This document shows positions 10,018-18,188 of a stretch of 64,000 bases of DNA, one piece after another. The notes beneath the pieces are model-generated. The model did not search any database. It was not told where the DNA came from and saw only the letters and a program-made list of their open reading frames with translations. Position 1 is the stretch's first letter. The number at the start of each line of letters is the position of its first letter. This DNA is from an uncultured delta proteobacterium (GTDB taxonomy: Bacteria; Desulfobacterota; Desulfomonilia; Desulfomonilales; Desulfomonilaceae), in the NCBI GenBank assembly GCA_963789265.1, contig CAWBKB010000007.1, positions 460,398 through 524,397 of the forward strand, read 5' to 3'. A program made the translations under genes and the position numbers.

Positions 10018-10224
10018 CAGAGAGAATTGATAATCATCCGGAAGGGCCGGCCCCTGATTATCAGATTAACGGGACAACTCTTAGCGCGCCGACCAATGAC
10101 TCCGAGAAACAACCATCCTTATGGACGCCCTTATCCTGTCAGAGACCAGGGCTCACTCGACCCGGCGAATTATCGGAGCGCACCGCCGGATAAGGATTTC
10201 AATCGATTCCAGGATCGACTGAGA

Positions 10225-10509
10225 ATGGGCAAGGTTAAGCTCTGCGACGGCTGCGGAGGCGTAATGAGCAAGTCGTCGCGAATGATCCTTTCGCCTCTAT
10301 CCGGTTTTGTGTTGGTGGTCTTTGGAGCGATCCTTATGACCATGTACGGATTGGCTACGAATTTCTACCAACCTCCCTGGTTCATGAAGTTTGCTCTTCC
10401 GGCCGCTTATTACCTGGGGTCAATATTCATCGGAGTTGGAACTCTGTTCTTTTTTATTAGGGAAAAAGTGTGGACCTGCCCCAGGTGCAAAGAAATACGG
10501 AAAAGATAA
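10225..10509 (+). CDS. Small membrane protein with split zinc ribbon (CxxC-2TM-CxxC, LITAF-like); start may be 10096
   Basis: CDGC, two hydrophobic helices, WTCPRC. Confidence 0.65.
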   Translation: MGKVKLCDGCGGVMSKSSRMILSPLSGFVLVVFGAILMTMYGLATNFYQPPWFMKFALPAAYYLGSIFIGVGTLFFFIREKVWTCPRCKEIRKR

Positions 10510-10560
10510 ACGCGGTTGCAAACCGGGCAACCTTGTTGTAAGATGCCTTTTTTCACTCGA

Positions 10561-10595
10561 CTCCTTGCCCTAAAGGGCTTGACACCCGAAAGGAG
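10561..10595 (+). promoter_or_regulatory. rpsF leader, probable S6:S18 autoregulatory RNA element
   Basis: ctcctt/aaggag stem sequesters the SD; inner gccc-taaa-gggc hairpin; CCCG next to the SD as in described S6:S18 leaders. Confidence 0.6.
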
Positions 10596-10600
10596 ATGCC

Positions 10601-11245
10601 GTGAGACGCTATGAGTCCGTAGTCATCCTGGACCCTGAAATGCCGGATGACGACATCCGAAGCTTTACCGAGAAATACAGCCAACTTATCAAGACCAACG
10701 GCGGGGAAATCATCAAAATCGAGGACTGGGGATTCAAGAGGCTCGCCTACCTCGTCAAGAAGAGGGAGAGGGGGCGATACATCCTCTTTGATTTCGTGGG
10801 ACTCCCTGCGCTGATTACCGAAATGGAGCGGCAGTTCAAGATCTCCGAAGAAGTGATGAAGTTCCTCAGCGTCAAGCTCGACGACGACGTCGATCTTGAA
10901 GCCTTCAAAGCCGAGGCGGAAGAGAAGGCAGCGGCAGCAGCGGCAGCCGCGAAGCCGGCCGAACCTGCCCCAGCGGAACCTGCGGCTCAGAAGCCGGTTG
11001 AACCTACCCCACTGGAACCGGCAGCTCAGAAGCCGGTTGAGCCCGCGGCAGTGGAACCTGCGGCTCCAGCCGTGACAGAAGAAGCTTCAGAGCCAACTGA
11101 GGAACCCGCTGTAACTTCAAATCAAGAGGCGAAGCCTGTGGGCGCAGAAGAAGCCGCGCCACGGCCTGAGACCGAAGCGGAACCTGCCCCCGCTGCCACC
11201 CCAACTGCGGAGCCGCCGGTTTCCGAAGAGAAGGAGGGAGTATAA
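10601..11245 (+). CDS. rpsF: 30S ribosomal protein S6 with long Ala/Pro/Glu tail
   Basis: [22 protein letters not shown]; ~115-aa low-complexity C-terminus. Confidence 0.95.
   Translation: MRRYESVVILDPEMPDDDIRSFTEKYSQLIKTNGGEIIKIEDWGFKRLAYLVKKRERGRYILFDFVGLPALITEMERQFKISEEVMKFLSVKLDDDVDLEAFKAEAEEKAAAAAAAAKPAEPAPAEPAAQKPVEPTPLEPAAQKPVEPAAVEPAAPAVTEEASEPTEEPAVTSNQEAKPVGAEEAAPRPETEAEPAPAATPTAEPPVSEEKEGV
10952..11068 (+). repeat. 3 x 39-bp in-frame tandem repeat in the rpsF tail
   Basis: [13 protein letters not shown] / [13 protein letters not shown] / [13 protein letters not shown] starting at 10952, 10991, 11030. Confidence 0.85.
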
Positions 11246-11247
11246 CC

Positions 11248-11490
11248 ATGCCTAGACCTCCACGTAGACGTCCCTTCCCCCGCAGCAAAGTCTGCCGCTT
11301 TTGTGCGGATACATCGCTTCGAATGGATTACAAGGAGCCCAATATCCTCAGAGTTTTCATCACGGAGCGCGGTAAAATTATACCCAGAAGAATTTCCGGC
11401 AATTGCGCCAAGCATCAGAGACAATTGACCGCGGCCATTAAAAGGGCCAGAAATATTGCCCTTCTACCCTTCACTGTGCCCAGGCGATAA
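11248..11490 (+). CDS. rpsR: 30S ribosomal protein S18 (Zn-binding type)
   Basis: [26 protein letters not shown]. Confidence 0.97.
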   Translation: MPRPPRRRPFPRSKVCRFCADTSLRMDYKEPNILRVFITERGKIIPRRISGNCAKHQRQLTAAIKRARNIALLPFTVPRR

Positions 11491-11512
11491 AAGAATTTGC
11501 GGAGTAGCGACA

Positions 11513-11986
11513 ATGGATATAATCCTTCTCGAACATATCGACGATCTGGGAACTGTTGGGCAGACGGTGAAAGTTAAGCCGGGGTACACGCGCAACTATT
11601 TGTTCCCTCGGAAGCTGGCTTGTCCGGCCACAGAGAAGAACCTCAATTTCTATCGTGGCCTGATCGAGGCAAAACAGAAGAAGCAGGCAAAGGCAAAAGG
11701 AGCCGCGGAACTCCAAGCTCAGAAACTGTCCGCCCTTGCCCTGACTTTTGTCAGAAAGTCCAGAGGTCAGGATGCCCGGCTCTTCGGTTCGGTTACCAAC
11801 ATTGACGTAGCCGAAGCCCTGGAACAGCAAGGGTACGAGATAGACAGGAAGAAAATCACTCTGTCCGAGCCCATCAAGAAGCTAGGTGAATACGTTGCGA
11901 GTGTCCGCATCCATCCTGACGTAACAGCCACTGTGCCGGTTGTGGTGAAGTCGGAGGAAGAACCCGAGGATGTCGCAGGAGAATAG
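11513..11986 (+). CDS. rplI: 50S ribosomal protein L9
   Basis: LGTVGQTVKVKPGYTRNYLFP, LFGSVT. Confidence 0.96.
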   Translation: MDIILLEHIDDLGTVGQTVKVKPGYTRNYLFPRKLACPATEKNLNFYRGLIEAKQKKQAKAKGAAELQAQKLSALALTFVRKSRGQDARLFGSVTNIDVAEALEQQGYEIDRKKITLSEPIKKLGEYVASVRIHPDVTATVPVVVKSEEEPEDVAGE

Positions 11987-13355
11987 CACTGAGATCAGGT
12001 TACCCCCCCAGTTCCTGGAAGGTGAACGCGCTATCCTCGGGGGCTTGCTGATCGACAACGACGCCTTGCCAAAGGTGTTGGCGACTCTTTCGGCCGACGA
12101 TTTCTACAGGGAAGCGCATCGCAACGTATACAAGGCTGTTACAGACCTGTTCAACCGCAATGAACCGGTGGATTGGGTTACACTTACGGCAGCCCTGAAG
12201 GAAGCCGGTCTCCTGGAAAATATCGGCGGGCCCGCCTTTTTGGCCGAACTGGTGGATGCCGTTCCCAGCGCGGCCAATATCGAGCATTACACGCGAGTAG
12301 TTAAGGAAAAAGCGGTGCTCAGGCAATTGATCTCCGCGTCCACCGAGATCAGCACGCGATGCTACGAAGAACACGGCAGTATCGACGAATTTGTAGACCA
12401 GTGCGAAGAATTGATCTTCAAGGTCGGAGAGGCGAGAATCAAATCAGGATTCGTACACGTCAAAGACCTCATGAAGGTCAGTTTCGAGACTGTTGAAAGC
12501 CTTTATGAGCGCAAAGAGAATATAACAGGAGTCGCGTCGGGCTTCGCGGACCTCGACGGCCTTACTGCCGGCTTCCAGCGATCCGACCTCGTCATTATTG
12601 CGGGCCGTCCGTCGATGGGCAAGACGTCGTTTGCACTGAATGTCGCGATGAATGCAGCAATAGACGGAGGAGTTCCAACCGCTGTTTTCTCCCTGGAGAT
12701 GAGCAAAGAGCAGATCGCTCTGAGGATACTTTGCGCCAAGGCAAAGGTGAACTTGAAGAGCCTCCGTACCGGGTACCTCATTCAGGAGGACTGGGGGCGA
12801 CTGACCCAGGCAGTCGGGAGCATCTCCGACTCGCCGCTTTACGTGGACGACACACCCGCGATCAATACTCTGGAAATTCGTGCAAAAGCCCGCCGATTAA
12901 AGAAGGAGAGAGACCTCGGTCTGATCGTCGTCGATTATCTTCAGTTGATGCGAGGCGCGACAAAATCTGATTCCCGGGAAAAAGAGATCTCCGAGATCTC
13001 TCGGTCTTTGAAAGCATTGGCCAAGGAACTCAATTTACCGGTGATAGCTCTTTCTCAGCTTAACCGCAAGGTCGAGGAGCGCCCTAACAAGAGGCCGCAA
13101 CTGGCTGACTTGAGGGAATCCGGCGCCATCGAGCAGGATGCGGACGTTATACTCTTCATCTACAGAGACGAGGTTTATAACAAGAGCGAGGACAATCCGA
13201 AGAAAGGCGAAGCTGAGATCATCGTGGGCAAGCAGCGCAACGGCCCCATCGGCTTGGTTACAGCAGTATTTGACTCAAGATTTTCTACTTTCCTCCCCCA
13301 CGCGCGCCGGGACGAGCCCCCAGAGGACGATTCAGCCATTCTCTCGAATTTATAG
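11970..13355 (+). CDS. dnaB: Replicative DNA helicase
   Basis: GRPSMGKT Walker A, FSLEMS, VDYLQLM, LRESGAIEQDAD, KQRNGP. Confidence 0.98.
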   Translation: MSQENSTEIRLPPQFLEGERAILGGLLIDNDALPKVLATLSADDFYREAHRNVYKAVTDLFNRNEPVDWVTLTAALKEAGLLENIGGPAFLAELVDAVPSAANIEHYTRVVKEKAVLRQLISASTEISTRCYEEHGSIDEFVDQCEELIFKVGEARIKSGFVHVKDLMKVSFETVESLYERKENITGVASGFADLDGLTAGFQRSDLVIIAGRPSMGKTSFALNVAMNAAIDGGVPTAVFSLEMSKEQIALRILCAKAKVNLKSLRTGYLIQEDWGRLTQAVGSISDSPLYVDDTPAINTLEIRAKARRLKKERDLGLIVVDYLQLMRGATKSDSREKEISEISRSLKALAKELNLPVIALSQLNRKVEERPNKRPQLADLRESGAIEQDADVILFIYRDEVYNKSEDNPKKGEAEIIVGKQRNGPIGLVTAVFDSRFSTFLPHARRDEPPEDDSAILSNL

Positions 13356-13421
13356 GTTTTTTCCGGGCAGATCCTAGATCCTCGCCACAGTATATACCCC
13401 CCCTTTGAGCAGATTCCTACC

Positions 13422-14846
13422 TCAACGCTTCAACCGCTGCCTGAGAGCCAAGGCAAATAGAGCGAACAAGAGAGGGCCAAAGATGCTTTGCAGCATATTG
13501 ACCAAATTACCGCAGAACCCATTCGGTATAAAGTCGCTAGGTCTGAGCAGAGTCATGACTCGGAGGCTGTAGAGACCGACACTGTACCAATGGAGGACAG
13601 GGTCTGCGATCGGGCCTTTAGTATTAAGGTGCAGCAAACTCCAGTTAAGATAACAGCATGTGGATGCCAAAAGTAAACCGGCTGCCCACAGGAATGGACA
13701 CAGGGCGCTTTCGCCGTATCCACTCACACAACGGTACACACTAAGCAAGATCCAGAGACCCCACCCTGAATTCCTCCGACGCATCTCCTTCTCACCATAA
13801 TGAAAGTGCCGAGCGTGCTCGTAATCCCGCCTGTCTTCGTAGTTTTGTTTGAGCTGGCGATAAAGATGCTCAATGACAGGCCAGGAGCGTGTTTCACCCT
13901 TTCGTAATCCGACATCCTCATCGTGGACCCTGAAGCGGCCGCCTTTGCAGGGCCACTTCACGTCAGTGAATTCGGCTTTGCGCATATCCGTAAATAGGAA
14001 ACGACACTTCTGCAGGTCAGCGCTTCGAAAAATGACGGCGTCGAGAGGACTGATGATCACCTGGCTGAAGTCAATGTCTGCCCCGGAAAAAATTGGGTTA
14101 ATCTCATCCTCTGAGGCAAAGAGCGTTGTCCCTAGGAACGCTGTACCGACGAAGGCAGCACTCGTAGCAAAGCACGCACCGGAGAAGGTAGCTCCTTCCT
14201 TGAAACTGGCACGGGAAAAGTTGGCACCTCCCCCGAACTTCGCGTCGTCGAAATTAGCCCACTTGCTAAACTTGGCATACTGGAAGATGACTTTCTCGCC
14301 GTCAATAACGGAGCCGGCGCAAAAGCTGTCGGCCCCCTCGGCCGCATCATTGAACTTAGCACGGGAAAAGTTGGCCACGTTGCCGAACCCGGCCAGTGTG
14401 AAGTTGGCGCCTCGGATGAACGTGGCAGCGCAAAAATTTGCCTCTTCAGCGAACGCGGCACAAGAGAAATTGGCACTCTTGGTGAACTCGGCAGCGGCGA
14501 AGTACGCCAACCCTCCGAACGAGGCACGCCTGAATTCAGCACCCTCGGAGAAGTTAGTTTCCTCGAAATCGGCCCCGTTAGCGAAGCATGCATCGAAGAA
14601 GTCGGCGCCCTCTGTGAAGTGGGCCTCTGAGAAGTTGGCCTCCTCATGAAACGTTTCGCCCCGGAAGTTGGCAGGCCCTGGAAAAACAAAGTGTTGGAAA
14701 TTGTTTCCGTCTTTCTCGCGATGCGCAGCTAAAGCTCTCTCGAAGGCATCTCTGTCCTTTCCGGGAACTTGAGAGTGCAAAATGCAGAACTCTCCGTCAG
14801 CATCAGCATCCAGGCCGCAGACTTCATGGTGTTTGCACTTGGGCAT
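13422..14846 (-). CDS. Pentapeptide-repeat protein with C-terminal membrane domain
   Basis: Many 11-aa AxFxxAxF repeats; N-terminal C/H motif (CKHHEVC..FCILH); C-terminal SGYGES + TM helices. Confidence 0.8.
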   Translation of the reverse strand: MPKCKHHEVCGLDADADGEFCILHSQVPGKDRDAFERALAAHREKDGNNFQHFVFPGPANFRGETFHEEANFSEAHFTEGADFFDACFANGADFEETNFSEGAEFRRASFGGLAYFAAAEFTKSANFSCAAFAEEANFCAATFIRGANFTLAGFGNVANFSRAKFNDAAEGADSFCAGSVIDGEKVIFQYAKFSKWANFDDAKFGGGANFSRASFKEGATFSGACFATSAAFVGTAFLGTTLFASEDEINPIFSGADIDFSQVIISPLDAVIFRSADLQKCRFLFTDMRKAEFTDVKWPCKGGRFRVHDEDVGLRKGETRSWPVIEHLYRQLKQNYEDRRDYEHARHFHYGEKEMRRRNSGWGLWILLSVYRCVSGYGESALCPFLWAAGLLLASTCCYLNWSLLHLNTKGPIADPVLHWYSVGLYSLRVMTLLRPSDFIPNGFCGNLVNMLQSIFGPLLFALFALALRQRLKR

Positions 14847-14871
14847 TTTCCCCCTTTGGGAGTAGTGTAAC

Positions 14872-15099
14872 TCACGTCGGCGTTCGCCCCTCCTCCCGCG
14901 GCGAACTGAGCACTTCCTGATACGAGAACTCCTGCAACTGCGCGTTAGAGCGCGCATGCTCGATCGTCATGCTGACCAGGTTGCCCTGCATATCGAGGTC
15001 CACGTAAATGTTCTCGCTGATCTCTTTTGTCTCGGCAACTTTATTGTCCGCGAACTCCACCAGCGCGGTGTCAGTGTCTGAAAAATATTTAAGCCTCAT
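14872..15099 (-). CDS. DUF2283-family protein
   Basis: MRLKYFSDTDTALVEF...ENIYVDLDMQGNLVSMTIEHA. Confidence 0.8.
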   Translation of the reverse strand: MRLKYFSDTDTALVEFADNKVAETKEISENIYVDLDMQGNLVSMTIEHARSNAQLQEFSYQEVLSSPREEGRTPT

Positions 15100-15190
15100 G
15101 CGTCGTCTACTCGTTGAACTATTTCCAGGATTGAAGAGCGGCTTGAGCCTCGGCGGGCACGGCCCGCCCTACCAGGCTCAAACGCCTTTT

Positions 15191-15436
15191 TCACGCGACG
15201 GCGATTTTCTTTTCATTTTGAACAATGATTCTGGGATCGCGGTTGACTGGCGGGACTGGAAGCCCACGCTCATCCAGGAGCTGAATATGCTCCTTCATGC
15301 CCCATTTGGCCTTGCATATACAGTCCTCCACCGAATGGCCGATACCGGAGAAGCCTTCTAGTTCAGGAGAGTAGAACCCGAAGTAGTCCGGTTCATCAGT
15401 GGCTTCGATCACAAGGGAGTACGGCAAATCGATCAT
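15191..15436 (-). CDS. hicB: HicB-family antitoxin
   Basis: YSLVIE..FGFYSPELEGFSGIGHSVED..ERGLPVP. Confidence 0.82.
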   Translation of the reverse strand: MIDLPYSLVIEATDEPDYFGFYSPELEGFSGIGHSVEDCICKAKWGMKEHIQLLDERGLPVPPVNRDPRIIVQNEKKIAVA

Positions 15437-15447
15437 CGTGAATTCTC

Positions 15448-15575
15448 CTAAGGACGTTTAAGTCCCGCTGCCCTCAGTATGGCGTGACAAGTCCCGGAAG
15501 GAACTTCCTTTGCACCATGATAGTCCACCCGAACCAATTTGTCCCATCCCGGCTTGCCATAATACCTTATTGAGA
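15448..15575 (-). pseudogene. hicA: HicA-family toxin remnant (N-terminus missing)
   Basis: SIRYYGKPGWDKLVRVDYHGAKEVPSGTCHAILRAAGL upstream of hicB; no HicA-like N-terminal helix in frame. Confidence 0.6.
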
Positions 15576-15764
15576 TCCTGATCGTATTGTAGAGCGATTC
15601 TGAAAGCAATCGCTGATGCCGCAAGAAGCCAGGCTGGAGGGAAATCAGCAGGCATAACAGTAGGGTGGGCATCTTGCCCGCCGACTGAACATTGGACGCG
15701 CCATTTCGCCTGTGATCAAGAATCGACGGCCGAGACGCTCATCCTACTGGTCCCCAATTCCCTC

Positions 15765-16157
15765 TCACTTAAGCACCGCAATGACCTCAATCTCCACTCG
15801 TGCGCCCAGTGCAAGCCCGTTTGCACCTAACGCACTCCGGGCCGGGAAATGTTTGGGAAAATAGGTCGCATAAACCTCGTTCATCGCGGGCCATTCGCTT
15901 ATGTCCGCCAGCATCGCCGTGACCTTCACGACATGGTCAAGCGAAGAGCCGTACCGCTCCAGTGTGGCCTTAATGTTCTCCATTGTTTGCCGAGTTTCCG
16001 CTGCAATTCCACCCGGGACCATCTTGCCGGATGCATCTCTCCCCAACTGCCCGGACAAGTACAGCATGTTTCCCACGCGTACCGCTTCGGAAAACGGAAA
16101 TCCTTTCATGCTTTCGGAAGTCAGATATTCGACTTCCGATCTGCTTTCAGCGCTCAT
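15765..16157 (-). CDS. RidA/YjgF family protein
   Basis: PFSEAVRVGNMLYLSGQLG, MNEVYATYF, PARS, VEIEVIA. Confidence 0.92.
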   Translation of the reverse strand: MSAESRSEVEYLTSESMKGFPFSEAVRVGNMLYLSGQLGRDASGKMVPGGIAAETRQTMENIKATLERYGSSLDHVVKVTAMLADISEWPAMNEVYATYFPKHFPARSALGANGLALGARVEIEVIAVLK

Positions 16158-16229
16158 GGCAACCCTCCATAAGAAATTTGATCCGAAGTATGGTTTCGAT
16201 AATCCTTCATCTGCGTTCGTCGGAAGATT

Positions 16230-16357
16230 GTCATTGCGAGCGGAGCGAAGCAATCTCCATTGGTGGAACAGGCTCCAGCCTGTCTATTAGAATGACCGGC
16301 AAGATGCCGGTCCCACCGAAGATGAGATTGCTTCGGGCTAGGGCCCTCGCAATGACA
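16230..16357. repeat. Nested palindromic element: gtcattgcgag..gaagcaatctc / gagattgcttc..ctcgcaatgac enclosing a REP doublet
   Basis: Outer arms are inverted repeats; partial copies at ~26870 and 40323-40357. Confidence 0.75.
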
Positions 16358-16460
16358 TATTCGTAGCCCCCCGTCTCCTCAAACGGAGCTAAAGGCATGA
16401 TCCTTTGAAGAAATACCAGTTCCGTCCCTCTTTTCTTTGCCCTGTTGGAGCTGCGCAAAT

Positions 16461-18179
16461 TCATTGCTGCTTCTTCCGCATGGGCCGGACAAGTGCCAGT
16501 GATTCGTCGGACCACACAACCTCCGCGCGTGAGGACGATGCCAGTGCAGGCTTGACGGAAGAATCAAAGACCAGGTAGTCCGCGCCCAACTCCCGGGTCA
16601 GAACTAGCAGCCTCGCGAGTCTGGTCTTTTTGTCTTTTATGGCGCAGGCACTATCCATCTCCTTTCGGACTTTTTCCCATTTCAGGAGCGCTTCAAGGTT
16701 TGTGTCCGCAAATATACCTCCATCCTTGTAAGCGTATACCAGCGGCCTTAACGCACAATACCTGATCTCCAAAGCCAGGACAGTGGAAAGGATCCTCGAC
16801 CCCGGGGGCGTTAGGCGTCGCACCGCATTCAATGCCTCAATTCCGGATGTTTCAACTCGTGATATCGGAGGGGTCAAGGAGCCTTTTGACCAGGCCCTTG
16901 CCGCATCCAGGAACATCTTTGGAGGATGTCCCCAGGCCCAGCCCGTAACAAGCAGGGCACCTGCAAGCATTACCAGCGCTCGGCTGAGAGAGCAAGGCTG
17001 CATCCTGCGAGAAATCTCAGCCAGAGGCCACAAGCACAATATCAAAATCAACGGTACTATGTATTTGATTCCCCTTATGGAATCCATCTGGATACGTTTG
17101 AGGTCATAGATCCTACAAATTGTCTGCTCAACAAATGTCAGCCCTACCGCAACAAACAATATTCCCACTGCCCAGATCGCGAGGAGCAATATATCTCTTC
17201 TTCTCTCGGGATAGATGCGAAGAACCGCTACCGAGGCGCAAACAGCCCATGAAACATAAAGCCATACCGGCCACGACGACAGTTCCGTCCCCCACATCCT
17301 CAGAGCCAGCCCGACGTCCAGGAGTTCCTCGCCGATGCGCTGCCCGATGATGCCGACAACTTCACGGTATTGAACCGCTTCGGACGCGGCTCGATCATGA
17401 ACGAACAAAAAGTTGGATGCCCAGGGCAAGACCGCGGCAACAAAGATCAGGCCCAACATCAGCATATATGAGATTTTTCGGAACCAGCTCCACGTAGCCG
17501 GGAGGAAAGCCCAAATTCCCAACCAGATCGCAAAAGCCCAGTGAGGCGCACTTGGCGGATGCGTGTAAAACATGAGGCCCACGGCTACCATAAGCCAGGG
17601 CCAGATTCGTCTTTCGGTCTTCCTGTGAATTGCGGCCGCGAGCACGTACGGCAGGCACGCGTGAAAGAGAGATCGCGGCAACGGATCGTCATAGATTCCC
17701 CAAAACTCCCTTACAGGCAGGGCAATCGGGCATGCTGCCAGGACGCTCAGTAGAAACGCCCAATATCTATTACGGAAAAGCACCATCCCCAGCAGGTAAA
17801 ACCCTGCACATTGGAGGAAGACGGTAAGAAGCAGCAAGGATATATATGATGTCCCGTAATCACTGAGTATTTTGTTCAACGCGTAAATCAATACGGGATG
17901 GAGCGCCAAGTAATATCTGAAATTAGTGAAGTCACCGAGAAGCGGGTCCAGTTTAAACAGGCCCGGATGCTGGTACGCAGCCACAAAGCTGGATACAATT
18001 CCCGCATCGCTTCCGAGATACACGAAAGGCTGCATACCCTTCCAGCGGCCAAGAAAAGTCCCCACGGCAAAGATTGCGAACGCAGCCAATACAATGCCAT
18101 CTACCCACGTGAACCGCACGGTCGGCGATGCACTATTGCCGGAGTCGCCTGTTGAGAAGCTTTCTGGGGGGGAAAACAT
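16461..18179 (-). CDS. Polytopic membrane protein, possibly GT-C-fold glycosyltransferase-like
   Basis: ~10-12 TM segments; early acidic loop (GSDAG, DPLLGD); C-terminal TPPGSRIL..RP..YKDG domain. Confidence 0.55.
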   Translation of the reverse strand: MFSPPESFSTGDSGNSASPTVRFTWVDGIVLAAFAIFAVGTFLGRWKGMQPFVYLGSDAGIVSSFVAAYQHPGLFKLDPLLGDFTNFRYYLALHPVLIYALNKILSDYGTSYISLLLLTVFLQCAGFYLLGMVLFRNRYWAFLLSVLAACPIALPVREFWGIYDDPLPRSLFHACLPYVLAAAIHRKTERRIWPWLMVAVGLMFYTHPPSAPHWAFAIWLGIWAFLPATWSWFRKISYMLMLGLIFVAAVLPWASNFLFVHDRAASEAVQYREVVGIIGQRIGEELLDVGLALRMWGTELSSWPVWLYVSWAVCASVAVLRIYPERRRDILLLAIWAVGILFVAVGLTFVEQTICRIYDLKRIQMDSIRGIKYIVPLILILCLWPLAEISRRMQPCSLSRALVMLAGALLVTGWAWGHPPKMFLDAARAWSKGSLTPPISRVETSGIEALNAVRRLTPPGSRILSTVLALEIRYCALRPLVYAYKDGGIFADTNLEALLKWEKVRKEMDSACAIKDKKTRLARLLVLTRELGADYLVFDSSVKPALASSSRAEVVWSDESLALVRPMRKKQQ

Positions 18180-18188
18180 CTATATTGT

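Noticed and set aside
13873..14649. 258-aa repetitive ORF on the + strand
   Set aside because: Antisense of the pentapeptide repeats.
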